From the NCBI GenBank assembly GCA_963727805.1, contig CAVSHF010000003.1:576001-640000 (forward strand): a stretch of 64,000 nt of DNA, read 5' to 3'. Both the position numbers and the translations under genes were made by a program. The number at the start of each line of letters is the position of its first letter. Positions within the stretch are counted from its first letter, which is position 1. This document shows, in pieces, positions 29,692 through 40,383 of this stretch. The notes under the pieces are model-generated. The model was given only the letters and a program-made list of their open reading frames with translations. It was not told where the DNA came from and searched no databases. Origin of the DNA: an uncultured Nitrospiraceae bacterium. Its GTDB lineage: Bacteria > Nitrospirota > Thermodesulfovibrionia > Thermodesulfovibrionales > Dissulfurispiraceae.

Positions 29692-31016
29692 CAGAAGCGT
29701 CCCAACGTTAATCGAACAATATCAACTGGTTCTCGGACAACGTGTCGTTATCGCCGATCTGTGTATCTGTAAGTATCTGTATTAAAGGTGTTCTCTCAAA
29801 CATGGTCACGCTCAATATCTGTAGAATCGTATAGAGACTTGCCTGTAATTTGAGACGTTTCTTTATGATCGCCACCAGAACATATATCGATACGGCGATC
29901 CAAACCTGAGTTTTGACTGCATTGTCGCTTGTTCCGTAGAAACTCTTGATTCTGAGGTTCTGTTTGATCCACTTGAAAAAGAGTTCCACCTGCCACCGGC
30001 ATCGATATAGTTGAGCTATCGTCATTGCTGGAAGCGTGAAATTGTTGGTAAGAAATACCAGAGTCTTGTCCAATTCGGCGTCGTGATATTTGATCTTGCG
30101 AATTTTCTCCGGATAGTGAGAGGCCGAATAGAATCCGGTTAGCGTACCGCTTTGATCGCAGATAAGCCCCGTTGTCCGATCTACAGGATGGGAATACTGT
30201 CTGCGAAATTTGAAATTGGATTTGCCTCGGGTGACGAAGAACGCCCTGCTCAAATGCAACATATACAGTCTGGCAAAATCCAGATATCCTCGGTCCATTA
30301 TGTAGAATGCTCCTGGCTCTATAACAAGACAATCCAGAATATTTACTTCGTGCATCTTGCCATCGCTTATATGAATGAACGTTGGGATGTTGCCGCGAAG
30401 ATCCAGTAGCGTATGGAGCTTGACTGCAGCCTTTGTCTGACGAAAATGCGCCCATGGGAATACTGATAGACACAGGTCGATAGTCGTTGCATCCAGTGCG
30501 TATACCGTCTGATCCAGTTGCACGCCGAAGTCTTCGTCCAAATAAAGTGCACGGGCTTTCTGAATCAGGCAATGAGCGAAGTCGGCATAGATGCGCCAGT
30601 CCCTTACCTTGTTGGCGTTGGCCAAGGTGTTTCTGGATACATTGCCACGAATGCCCATGTGATAGAGTTTGCTTCTTTGAGATCGAAGGCACGATTCGAT
30701 ATCTCTCAGACTTTCCCGATAGGTCAGTTGCGCAAAGGCCATGCATAGATACTGATCCAGACAAGTGAAGTCTTTGATCTTGTAATTCCCACGATAACGG
30801 TTGACGCTCCGATGAAAGGCTGGTAGTGGTATGTGTTCGACGACCTGAGAGAAAATCAGCTTGCCTGTATACATGGGTACGCTCCTCGTGTTTGTTACCA
30901 CGAGAATGACGGATGCCCAAACTTCTTTTCAAGTCGTTTTCGTGCTCCATTATCAATTCCATATGTTATTTCAATATGTTAAACTCAATCCGTCATTAAA
31001 CGTTGGGACACTTCTG
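29692..31016 (-). mobile_element. IS4-family insertion sequence (1325 bp)
   Basis: Terminal IRs CAGAAGYGTCCCAACGTT; 9-bp target duplication ATTGTCCAT at 29683-29691 and 31017-31025. Confidence 0.95.
29708..30874 (-). CDS. IS4 family transposase (DUF4372 + DDE)
   Basis: DATTIDL, MDRGY, YRCRWQVELFFKWIKQ (YREK motif). Confidence 0.95.
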   Translation of the reverse strand: MYTGKLIFSQVVEHIPLPAFHRSVNRYRGNYKIKDFTCLDQYLCMAFAQLTYRESLRDIESCLRSQRSKLYHMGIRGNVSRNTLANANKVRDWRIYADFAHCLIQKARALYLDEDFGVQLDQTVYALDATTIDLCLSVFPWAHFRQTKAAVKLHTLLDLRGNIPTFIHISDGKMHEVNILDCLVIEPGAFYIMDRGYLDFARLYMLHLSRAFFVTRGKSNFKFRRQYSHPVDRTTGLICDQSGTLTGFYSASHYPEKIRKIKYHDAELDKTLVFLTNNFTLPAMTIAQLYRCRWQVELFFKWIKQNLRIKSFYGTSDNAVKTQVWIAVSIYVLVAIIKKRLKLQASLYTILQILSVTMFERTPLIQILTDTQIGDNDTLSENQLILFD

Positions 31017-31099
31017 ATTGTCCATCTTTAAAAATTAAATTGATGTGCGATCATCCGATTGCAACGTCAATATGTAACCCAACCTTCTTTGAGAGAAGG

Positions 31100-31240
31100 T
31101 CATCGCCTCTGAAAAAAACCAACCACCAGCACAATAATTGCAATAACGAGCAAAATGTGGATGAATCCGCCCATCGTGTAACTGCTCACTAATCCCAACA
31201 ACCAGAGAACCAGAAGTATTACAAAGATCGTCCAAATCAT
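31100..31240 (-). CDS. lmo0937-family (DUF5670) small membrane protein
   Basis: Translates to MIWTIFVILLVLWLLGLVSSYTMGGFIHILLVIAIIVLVVGFFQRR; AGGAGG RBS. Confidence 0.88.
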   Translation of the reverse strand: MIWTIFVILLVLWLLGLVSSYTMGGFIHILLVIAIIVLVVGFFQRR

Positions 31241-31899
31241 AGTGACCTCCTTTCCGGCAGCTACAGTGCCAACATCGCACTCAGCCGTTTTTTATTTAAT
31301 GGTATCTTTTTTTCAGCAAATTACAAAGAGGGTTGAAAATATTTACCGGTTTCAGAAGCGCAGCGATCGGCTATATTCGATTCCAAAGACATAAATTGAC
31401 AGAAAGTAAGTTATGTCTTGCTACTTTCGACAGCAATAGATGGATAACAGATTGGCACAAAAAAACAAACAGGCTGCGATTCTGCTGAGAACCGCAGCCT
31501 GCAAGGGAGGGTTAGGATTAATTATATTATAAGATCTTAGAGATACAGGTTCTATCAGATTTTAGCTGTTTTTCATGTAAGGAAATCCCCTACAGGCCTA
31601 TAGTTTTGACACTTACTAAGAAGACCATAAGTAAAGCCCCAGAATATCCTGGCTCCCTCTCTTTAGAAGAGGGTAAAGTACGTGGCTTTACTAATGACCT
31701 CATTAGTAATTCCCTGCTTACTTTGATTTGGGCATGACACTAATTGATAGTATAATTTTACCAAGCTGGCTGGATAGTCGACAAGATGACTAACCGCCAG
31801 ATTGGGGCAAAGGTTCTGAATTACTTCCAGCAATAGGGTACCTGCACAGTGATCCTTACTGCAGTTTATGTAATAAAGTAAAATGACGAGGGATATTTC

Positions 31900-33384
31900 A
31901 TGAAAGCACTCCTCATTTATCCTGAATTCCCTGATACCTTCTGGAGTTTCAGGTATGCCCTGAAATTCATTCACCGAAAGGCAAGCAGTCCACCCCTCGG
32001 ATTGTTGACTATAGCAACGATGCTTCCTGAAGATTGGGAGAAAAGACTAGTCGACATGAATGTGGAATGCCTGAATGACGACAACCTCAGGTGGGCCGAT
32101 CTCGTCTTGTTGAGCGCGATGTCTGTCCAGAAGCAGTCGGTAAAAGAAGTGATTGCGAGATGCAAGGCGGCTGGCGTAAGGGTTGTCGCAGGAGGTTCTC
32201 TGTTTACGACCGAATACGAGGGGTTCGGGGATGTAGATTATCTGGTATTGAACGAGGCCGAAATCACCCTCCCCCGTTTCCTAGAAGATTTCCGCAAGGG
32301 AGATGCAGAGCATTTCTATACCACTGATCAGTGGGCAGACATACGTAAGACGCCGATTCCGCTGTGGGAGCTTATTAATCTGAAACACTATGCCTCAATC
32401 AATATCCAGTATTCCAGGGGCTGCCCCTTCAACTGTGAGTTCTGCGACATTACCTTGCTCTGCGGACATGCACCACGCACCAAGGACAAGGACCAAATCA
32501 TCAGGGAACTCGAGAGTGTGTACGCGTCAGGGTTCAGGGGTCAGGTCTTCTTTGTTGATGATAATTTTATCGGGAACAAGAAAAAGCTAAAAGAGGAGAT
32601 CCTCCCTGCCATCATCGAATGGACGAAAATGAGAAAGCATCCCTTCTCTTTTAATACGCAAGCATCCATAGAACTGTCCGATCATAAAGACCTCATGGAA
32701 ATGATGGTCAGGGCAGGATTTGATGTCGTCTTCATCGGTATTGAGACCCCGCATGAACAGAGCCTCGCGGAATGCAGCAAATTCCAGAACAAGAACCGCG
32801 ATCTCCTCGCCAGCGTCAGGAATATCCAGAAGTGCGGCCTAGAGGTGCAAGGAGGATTCATACTCGGTTTCGACAACGACCCCCTTACGATTTTTGACAC
32901 CCAGATTAACTTCATCCAGAAAAGCGGGGTCGTCACGGCCATGGTCGGCATTCTAGTCGCACTTCCGGGCACGCAGCTTTACCAGAGACTCAAAAAAGAG
33001 CGACGGCTGTTGAAAGAGACCTCGGGAAACAATACGGATTTCTCGACTAATTTCATTCCGAGAATGGACTATGACCTGCTAATCAACGGCTACAAAAAGG
33101 TCCTCGGCACCCTGTATTCGCCAAGGCACTACTATGAAAGAGTCAGGACATTCCTGAGGGAATACATTCCTCCTCAGAATAATTTGTTTCATTTCCGTTT
33201 CAACTACATCGCCGCGTTCATAAAGTCTATCATAATATTGGGGATCATAGGAAAAGAGAGGTTCCATTATTGGAGGCTTCTGCTGTGGACTATATTTACT
33301 CGTCCGCGCCTCATTCCACAGGCCGTTACTCTCTCGATCTACGGGTTCCACTTCCGTAAGGTTTTTGAGAAGCGTCTTGGTTGA
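31900..33384 (+). CDS. B12-binding radical SAM protein (DUF4070)
   Basis: FPDTFWSF, PPLGLLT, RGCPFNCEFC, FFVDDNF. Confidence 0.93.
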   Translation: MKALLIYPEFPDTFWSFRYALKFIHRKASSPPLGLLTIATMLPEDWEKRLVDMNVECLNDDNLRWADLVLLSAMSVQKQSVKEVIARCKAAGVRVVAGGSLFTTEYEGFGDVDYLVLNEAEITLPRFLEDFRKGDAEHFYTTDQWADIRKTPIPLWELINLKHYASINIQYSRGCPFNCEFCDITLLCGHAPRTKDKDQIIRELESVYASGFRGQVFFVDDNFIGNKKKLKEEILPAIIEWTKMRKHPFSFNTQASIELSDHKDLMEMMVRAGFDVVFIGIETPHEQSLAECSKFQNKNRDLLASVRNIQKCGLEVQGGFILGFDNDPLTIFDTQINFIQKSGVVTAMVGILVALPGTQLYQRLKKERRLLKETSGNNTDFSTNFIPRMDYDLLINGYKKVLGTLYSPRHYYERVRTFLREYIPPQNNLFHFRFNYIAAFIKSIIILGIIGKERFHYWRLLLWTIFTRPRLIPQAVTLSIYGFHFRKVFEKRLG

Positions 33385-33616
33385 GGACGCGCAGGGAAGG
33401 TTATCTATTACACCTGATGTTTGACTACAATGCCCTGAAAATAATCTCTGCCAAAAGACTCGATTTTCCGACGTCACATAATCTTGATAGAATTATTTAC
33501 ATAGCACTCTTTTGGGAGGAGGAGCGCGATGTTCCTTCGCGGTGTGTCATTGTCTTACTTGCATACAACTTTAAATGTTTAATTTACCGATAAACAAGGA
33601 ATGAGGTATAAGAATT

Positions 33617-34051
33617 ATGCCACCACGCATGAAGAGCGTAGAAGTTCTCCTCGTTGAGGATGACCCTGCAGATGTCGAATTGACAAGTGAGGCTCTAAAA
33701 GATTCGAAGGTGCTGGTAAACTTGACTGTCGTTGACGATGGTGTTAAAGCAATGCAATTCCTCAAACGGGAAGCTCCTTACGGTGATGCCCTCAGGCCCG
33801 ACCTAGTTATACTCGATCTGAACCTTCCCAGGAAGGACGGGAGAGAAGTACTGCAGGAGATTAAGAATGACGAAAATCTCAGAAGCATTCCTGTATGTAT
33901 CCTCACTACATCAAATAATGCGTTGGACATAAAAAAGTGCTATGAATGGGGCGCCAACTGCTGGATTACCAAGCCCATCGGCCTGAAGGAATTCACAAGG
34001 ATCGTCAGAAGCGTTCAGGACTTTTGGTTTACTGTTGTAAAATTACCATAG
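33617..34051 (+). CDS. Single-domain response regulator (Rcp1-like)
   Basis: LLVEDD, LDLNLP, LTTS, ITKP. Confidence 0.93.
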   Translation: MPPRMKSVEVLLVEDDPADVELTSEALKDSKVLVNLTVVDDGVKAMQFLKREAPYGDALRPDLVILDLNLPRKDGREVLQEIKNDENLRSIPVCILTTSNNALDIKKCYEWGANCWITKPIGLKEFTRIVRSVQDFWFTVVKLP

Positions 34052-34198
34052 ATAGACTTTCTAATCGGAAAGTCTGTTTGCTTCTTCCGGGCAAACTAAT
34101 AAGCTTCAAACGACGCCTATTATTTAAAGCTAGTATATTGTAGGATCGGCGTCGACCGACAATATATAATTCAGTTCCCGCACGTGCCCTAATATCTA

Positions 34199-35572
34199 CT
34201 ATATCTTTGGAAGGCTAAAGTAAAATGTCGCTCCCTGCCCCACGGCACCTTCAGCCCAGACCTTTCCGCCATGGCGGGCAATAATGCGCTGCACATTGGC
34301 AAGGCCAATGCCTGTGCCTTCAAATTCATCTTGGGTATGAAGACGCTGGAATACGCCGAAGATCCTATCCGCATATTTCATATCAAATCCTACTCCATTA
34401 TCCGAGATTGAGCAGCTGATTTTATCATCCTCATCAGTGCATCCCATCTTTATTTCAGCCTGCAGACGCGTACGTGTGAACTTGACAGCATTGGAGAACA
34501 GATTGAAAATCGCAAGTCTCAATAATGACTCGTCTCCGAGTACATCAGGCAATTTATCGATTTTCCATCTAATCTGCCCTTCCTTGAGTTCTTCATTAAA
34601 TTCCTGAACAATCTCGCTTACCAGGGCATTCAAATTTACTTTTCTTTTCTGCATCTCTTTACTCCCGACGTGCGAAAGGGCGAGTAGATCCTGGATAAGT
34701 TTATCCATCTTTTTTGAGACCTTGATTATTGAAGCCATGTACTGATGAGTTTTCTCGTCAGGATGGTCAGCTATTTGTTTTTGCAGTCGTTCTACAAATC
34801 CTGACATATGCCGTAAGGGTGCACGAAGATCATGAGATACTGAGTAGCTGAAAGCTTCAAGCTCTTTGTTTGCAGCAATCAAGTCGGTGGTACGCTCAGC
34901 TACTTGTTCCTCCAACTGCCTCCGGTATCCCTCCAACTGCGTTTCAGTCCGTTTCCTCTCCTCTATTTCAGCAAGCAGTTCCTCATTGGTTACCGATAGC
35001 TCAGCCGTCCTCCTCATAACTTTCAGGTCTAATTCGTCATGAGCTCTTCTGAGGGATTCCTCAGCTTTTTTACGTTCGGAAACATCGCGTATGACTGCAA
35101 TCACGAACATCTCTTCCTTGGCTTTCAGAGGTCCAAGGGCGATATCCACTGAGAATTCGCTTCCATCCTTCTTTCTGCCGTAAAGTTCCAGCCCCGTGCC
35201 CATCGGTCGGACATGAGGATCAGTCATATAAGTCCGGCGATGTTTCTTGTGTTTTTTCCTGAATCTGTCCGGCAGAAGGATATCATGATCGGCATTAGTC
35301 AATTCATTAGTAGAATATCCGAACAATCTCTCAGCCTGTTTATTGGCCCGAACAATCTGGCCGCTACTATCTACGACTATGATACCATCAGGGGCAAATT
35401 CGAAGAGGCCTTCGAACATAGCCTTTGTTCTACTGAGCTCCTCCTGGTACTTCTTTTTGTCCTCTTCTGACTGTTCCATCTCACTGATTCGTGAACGCAA
35501 CTTCGTCAGGTCCCGTATTAACTGCTCCTTTGTAAGATCGTCGGGTGATCTCATATGGTCCTTTTGGAACAA
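34199..35572 (-). CDS. PAS histidine kinase (Cph1/BphP-like kinase core)
   Basis: PAS (RPMGTGLELYG), FSYSVSHDLRAPLR, FEGTGIGLA. Confidence 0.93.
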   Translation of the reverse strand: MFQKDHMRSPDDLTKEQLIRDLTKLRSRISEMEQSEEDKKKYQEELSRTKAMFEGLFEFAPDGIIVVDSSGQIVRANKQAERLFGYSTNELTNADHDILLPDRFRKKHKKHRRTYMTDPHVRPMGTGLELYGRKKDGSEFSVDIALGPLKAKEEMFVIAVIRDVSERKKAEESLRRAHDELDLKVMRRTAELSVTNEELLAEIEERKRTETQLEGYRRQLEEQVAERTTDLIAANKELEAFSYSVSHDLRAPLRHMSGFVERLQKQIADHPDEKTHQYMASIIKVSKKMDKLIQDLLALSHVGSKEMQKRKVNLNALVSEIVQEFNEELKEGQIRWKIDKLPDVLGDESLLRLAIFNLFSNAVKFTRTRLQAEIKMGCTDEDDKISCSISDNGVGFDMKYADRIFGVFQRLHTQDEFEGTGIGLANVQRIIARHGGKVWAEGAVGQGATFYFSLPKI

Positions 35573-35976
35573 ATAGATAGGCTACTGATCTTTACTTGAA
35601 CTCCTAGTAGGTTTTTCCGGAAGTGAATGTGACCGATGATATCTCGTGCTTTTCCGTCCGAGCGATTCGGCTCTTTTTTCATTTCAGTTTCCTCGATAGC
35701 GTAATATTAGAGCTATTCAAGTATATACCAGTTCAGCATGAATTGAACAACTGGATATTTCGGCTGGCCGAAGACAGAATAAGCTATTTTGCGAATAGTA
35801 AGATCGACTGTTGCAAAGAAAACCACTCGCGTTCTGCTTATATTTTTGACCGAAGAGATCGGGTCGTTTGCGCAATATTTCTTCCTGCTAGACCGACGCT
35901 CTCCTCCTGGAAATATTGCCTGCAAGAAAGTCATCGATTTTACCCGTACCAGGAATTTGGTGATTTCCCGAAGTAA

Positions 35977-36614
35977 GTGCGCCACGAGGCTGCACAGGAA
36001 GATGAGGGTTGGCCCCTCGAAGCCGGCTTGCAGGAGCAGGCTTCAACCCACCTTAAGCTGCTGTAGTCGAAAGGCTCCGGTGGTGAGCGTTAAAGGAAAA
36101 GGCACGACTAGATCGTGTCAGGGATGGATCAGAGAGATGAGCGTAAGCGAACCGCTGATGAGGTGTCGAAAGGAAAAGGACGACGTCAAAACTGATGTTC
36201 TTACTTTGCATCAGGATTAGTTCAGGAGATACCTGTTTACTGCCTGAACGGCGTCCGGCATAGAGGCGGCATGAAGCTGATCTAGGCTCCTGTGTGGAAC
36301 GCGGGAACTCTTCATCTGATGCTAAGAGAAAACCCTATAAGTGCAAACGAAGGGGGAAAGTATCGATGCAGGTGAAGGGGTCGGACCGTCCAATAGTACC
36401 GATGAAGCGGTGATAATAAGCCGTGGAGGGAAGGGGATGGGTCAATCCACAAAGAGTACCAGTCAACTGGGTGACCAGGAGGAACTATCGCTCAATGTGT
36501 ATGGTTGAGACTGCAAAGACTCAACTTGATGATTGACACGAGCCGTATGAATCGAGAGGTTCACGTACGGAATCTGTGAGGGGCTGGTGGTGCGATTCCA
36601 CCGGCCTACTCGAC
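35977..36614 (+). ncRNA. ORF-less group II intron (IIB-like ribozyme)
   Basis: 5' GTGCG; domain V GAGCCGTATGAATC-GAGA-GGTTCACGTACGG (36540-36574); domain VI with bulged A ending CTACTCGAC; EBS1 TTACTT pairs with the upstream exon AAGTAA. No RT ORF. Confidence 0.9.
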
Positions 36615-36788
36615 CTGTAATAGCCGCTTTGTAGGCACCTTTACTAGGTTTTATAGATGTTTTACTCATTGAGCATATAGAATCTTATTAAAGCGATAAA
36701 AAACATTGCAAATGACCCCACCCAACAATTAGGAAATTTATAAAATTCCCCATCGCAAAAATGCCTATTATCTACTATGTGATTCGCA

Positions 36789-37367
36789 TTATTTTTTAGC
36801 TAAGGCCCAAACAACCATCGGGAAACGAGCATCGTTCTCAAGAGAATGTTTACGCTGATCATATACAATCCATGAATCCAGATTTGCAATTGCGCAACTT
36901 TTGTTACCCCATGAACCGGTTTGTATGTGTTCCGCCGGGAAACCGGCCTCTTCCAAGAAATATTTCAAGCCAGTCTCAGTCCAGCGCGTACAATCCTCTG
37001 GTGCCGGATGGTATAGGATAAGAAACGGGGTCGTTATAAGAAAATATCCTCCAGCATTAAGCATTGAATAAACATTTTTTGCTGCACGATGAGGATAAAT
37101 CAGATGTTCAAACACTTGCTCTGCAATAATAAGATCAAACGTTTCATCCAGCTTATCCTTGCAAATATCGATCTCGGGATAACAAAGCGTTTTATAGGAT
37201 TTGAAATTGAAATCCTTCCACTTCACGCCTGATATTTCGAGAATGCTCATTTGGGAATGATCTATTTTTTCGACTAGTCTCTTAGTCGCGTCTTCCATCA
37301 CGATCCGACACCATTGATCGGAAGCCGTTGTTTCTCTGCGTTTCAGCTTTTTTAAGAAATTAAACAT
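36789..37367 (-). CDS. Class I SAM-dependent methyltransferase
   Basis: ILEISG, FDLIIAEQVFEH, LNAGGYFLITTPF. Confidence 0.85.
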   Translation of the reverse strand: MFNFLKKLKRRETTASDQWCRIVMEDATKRLVEKIDHSQMSILEISGVKWKDFNFKSYKTLCYPEIDICKDKLDETFDLIIAEQVFEHLIYPHRAAKNVYSMLNAGGYFLITTPFLILYHPAPEDCTRWTETGLKYFLEEAGFPAEHIQTGSWGNKSCAIANLDSWIVYDQRKHSLENDARFPMVVWALAKK

Positions 37368-37584
37368 TCAATTTATTTCTTTATAATAACCACAGCATTG
37401 GAATTTATTAATCCCCAGTGTTTGTAATCGCTTTTGCTAAATACAGTGATTCCAAAAGATGGCTTAAGTATTGCCCGCCTGCAGCGACCATAGTCGGCAT
37501 ACCCTTCGCTGTGGCCAGGGTAACCACTTGTCCCAGCTTGTCTATCCCATCTGATAGCATAACCATTTTATAATTTAGAGTTAG

Positions 37585-38454
37585 TCAATAAGGCAGCCAC
37601 TCTGTGCCACCCCGCACTGATGAAAACTCATTGATGTGTCTATCATTCTTTTGAATAACCGCTACAAACGGATATAAATGCACTGAATTAATTGAACTTT
37701 GAAAATGCGTTGCTTTTGAAGCTGTGGAATCTTCATTTCTATTGATTACGTTAAGAGCATTCATTAGTCCAAATAGAAACGCAGTAAAATGGTCTGAAAG
37801 TATATCTTCGCAAAGATAAACACCTCCTGGACGAATATGTGGCAGCATTTCTTCAAGAGTTACAACTTGCTGTTCAGGCAAGTGTCCTCCATCATCAATA
37901 ACTATATCTATGGTAGGAACTTTATCCTTAAAATCTTTCCAAAAAGCGCGGTCCCCTTGATCTCCTATGAATATCTTCGTCCTATCATCTTCATGTGCTT
38001 TACAGGCTGGGTGAACGTCAATGCCATATACGTGACACTTCGATCCAAAATAGTCATGCCACATTTCAAGACTTCCACCGCTATGTACACCAATCTCTAG
38101 CACGTGAACATCACGTCCCCTAAAAACATCAAAATGCGTATGATAAATATCGAAATAATTAGAGCTTTTATGAACTCCTTTCCCTTCCTTGTGAGAATCA
38201 ATATAAAGTTTCAATGGGTTTGTAGATTCTATGGATTTTCCATGGCTAGACTTAACGCTATTTTGACATGTGTCTGTACTATCGCTGTTCCAGTCTCTGG
38301 AATAAACTGAACCATTCACGAATGCTGGAATGAGGTTAAGTAGGTGGCGCGTCAATTTTGGCTCTTCTAAAAAAGTCTGGCCTAATTGACGCAGCCGTGA
38401 ACAATATCGTATTAGCTGAGAGACAAATTGGTTATGCTTCTTATTTTCCTGCAT
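37585..38454 (-). CDS. Class I SAM-dependent O-methyltransferase
   Basis: VLEIGVHSGGSL, IGDQ, IDDGGH, GGVYLCED. Confidence 0.88.
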   Translation of the reverse strand: MQENKKHNQFVSQLIRYCSRLRQLGQTFLEEPKLTRHLLNLIPAFVNGSVYSRDWNSDSTDTCQNSVKSSHGKSIESTNPLKLYIDSHKEGKGVHKSSNYFDIYHTHFDVFRGRDVHVLEIGVHSGGSLEMWHDYFGSKCHVYGIDVHPACKAHEDDRTKIFIGDQGDRAFWKDFKDKVPTIDIVIDDGGHLPEQQVVTLEEMLPHIRPGGVYLCEDILSDHFTAFLFGLMNALNVINRNEDSTASKATHFQSSINSVHLYPFVAVIQKNDRHINEFSSVRGGTEWLPY

Positions 38455-38600
38455 GATTATATCTCCATCAAATATCGTCAACCCAAAAACCCAGACAACC
38501 ATACAATACCACAACCAAGCATGAAGGAGGTATTTTGGGGAATTTTACTTTGCAGGTGAAATTCGCCTTCAGTATACGCATATATAAGAGTGCAGGGCCA

Positions 38601-39476
38601 TCACTGGCCACACATAAAGCCAATCTCATTCTCAAGACGTAGACGGTCTGGAACCGCCACGGTATACGTTTCATGTGCCAGCTCAATATGAACCGGAATG
38701 GGCTCAACAGAAGACTCTTTAAAGTTGAAAACAATATCAAATGAGCTGGTATTGCGCCACCCCTTAAAGCTCATGGTTACGTCATAGCTGTTGCTCTTAT
38801 TAAAGACACAACGAAGTTCAACAGTGGGCCCATCGGCAGAAAAAGTAGTGACTATCAATGTACGATGCTGTTGTAAATTCAGCGGGTTAAAGACGAGCAG
38901 ATGAACATTATCGGGCGACAGCGCAGCGATATCGTCTCCATGGTGTACATAAGCCATCTTGCCGCTCCTCGGGTTGATAAGGTACGATCCGGGCGAGTCA
39001 TGCTCAAGTCGATCTTCGACCCTATAATATTTGAAACGGCTGAAGCGCCCAGCGTAGAAGTACTTTGCACCATCCCCTTCACTTTGAGGACCTCCTGGGT
39101 CGGACCAATTAGTGAATGTAATCGGCGAAGCTGATGCAGGAGTTATAGCGAGACGCTTCCCAGATCGACGAACGTGCTGTTTTTCTCCGGTTATAAGAGC
39201 GCGTTCTTTTTCTTTGTTAGCTCCATATGACATAACATCAGGAGAATTCCAGTCATGATCGGGAGAGGAAAGGATAGTCAGAGCAGCATCGCGGGGAAGT
39301 ATTTCGTATCGAACAGGGCGCGACTGCGGGTGTGCCGTATTAGGTGTGTTTGTGCCAAGGAATAGCACAGAAGGGCTTTCAAATTTATACTCACCAGCAG
39401 GTCTGCCATCAGCTTGGCCAAGCAAGGCCAAGAGTAGTAGAAATACCGGGATGAGCCTGCTATGGAAAGTGGACAT
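38601..39476 (-). CDS. Secreted hypothetical protein
   Basis: 291-aa ORF with signal peptide, directly adjacent to the upstream gene. Confidence 0.65.
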   Translation of the reverse strand: MSTFHSRLIPVFLLLLALLGQADGRPAGEYKFESPSVLFLGTNTPNTAHPQSRPVRYEILPRDAALTILSSPDHDWNSPDVMSYGANKEKERALITGEKQHVRRSGKRLAITPASASPITFTNWSDPGGPQSEGDGAKYFYAGRFSRFKYYRVEDRLEHDSPGSYLINPRSGKMAYVHHGDDIAALSPDNVHLLVFNPLNLQQHRTLIVTTFSADGPTVELRCVFNKSNSYDVTMSFKGWRNTSSFDIVFNFKESSVEPIPVHIELAHETYTVAVPDRLRLENEIGFMCGQ

Positions 39477-39914
39477 CTATCGGCACTCAATCTTTCGTAT
39501 ACCCGGCAACCCTGATGGAAAACGCGAGTCTTCATCGTAGGTAACCCGGCAGGCGCTCACCGAATCCGGGAGGCGCCTGGACAGTTCTGCCCGAGTTCCT
39601 ACGTATGAACATCGTATCCAATAGCCACCGGAATCTCTGGGGAAGTTCCATGTACCAACCCATCCACCCTTGATCTTCGACTTTTCGTCATATACAAGGG
39701 ATGCATTCCCCTGAGGAAGGCCACTAAAAAAGGTCACCATCTCAAGCTGGTAGGGTAAGGAGCTGTATGATACGCTCCACTCGGACGATGGAGGTACTGC
39801 CTTCTGGTCAACTTCGATCGTGTCGGGGCACCACATCTTGTCCTCAGCGGAACATATCCCAGTCAACACAAGAGCAAAAACAAACATACACAGACATGTG
39901 CCTGGTTTCATCAC
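39477..39914 (-). CDS. Secreted protein, STY0301-like
   Basis: Signal peptide; CPDTI, FFSG.P...ASL, YWIRCSY, CRVTY, C-terminal CR. Confidence 0.7.
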   Translation of the reverse strand: MMKPGTCLCMFVFALVLTGICSAEDKMWCPDTIEVDQKAVPPSSEWSVSYSSLPYQLEMVTFFSGLPQGNASLVYDEKSKIKGGWVGTWNFPRDSGGYWIRCSYVGTRAELSRRLPDSVSACRVTYDEDSRFPSGLPGIRKIECR

Positions 39915-40383
39915 GGGTCCTTTCTCAACTGCCTGCCTGCCGAGTCAAAAATAGAATTCAGACAGCCACTGACTTTTTTCATAAATCTTAACCGGGGGAA
40001 AAGACGAAGTCAAGAAGAAAACTTCAGTTAATCTTTAGTTGATACATTGACGTGCCTTATCTTGCTTGCCCACATAGATTCAACTAATAAAATTCATCCA
40101 TGTTTTGCATTTGTTCTTGTCATTGTGTTGAGCAGTTCAGAGAGGGTACACTGAAGTTTAGCATTGCCTTTTTTGATATAATATTAACTATATTTGTATG
40201 TGCTAATATTACTTATTCATTATGGAAAATATACCAGGTCGCAGCGTTGATACCTGGTGGTATGTAAGGCATATAAGCAGCAATCGTTAACGCGGGCATG
40301 AAGTCGGCGGACCACAAAGTCCTTGCCAAAGCGACCCCCACGGCTCCACTTTGACAGAATCAACCTTGAAAGGTTCAATAATC

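Noticed and set aside
29796..30962. 388-aa ORF overlapping the IS4 transposase in another frame
   Set aside because: No recognisable motifs; most likely a shadow frame of the transposase.
35789..36669. ORFs 35789-36220 (+) and 36463-36669 (-) as an intron-encoded protein
   Set aside because: They have no RT motifs and run across structured ribozyme domains.
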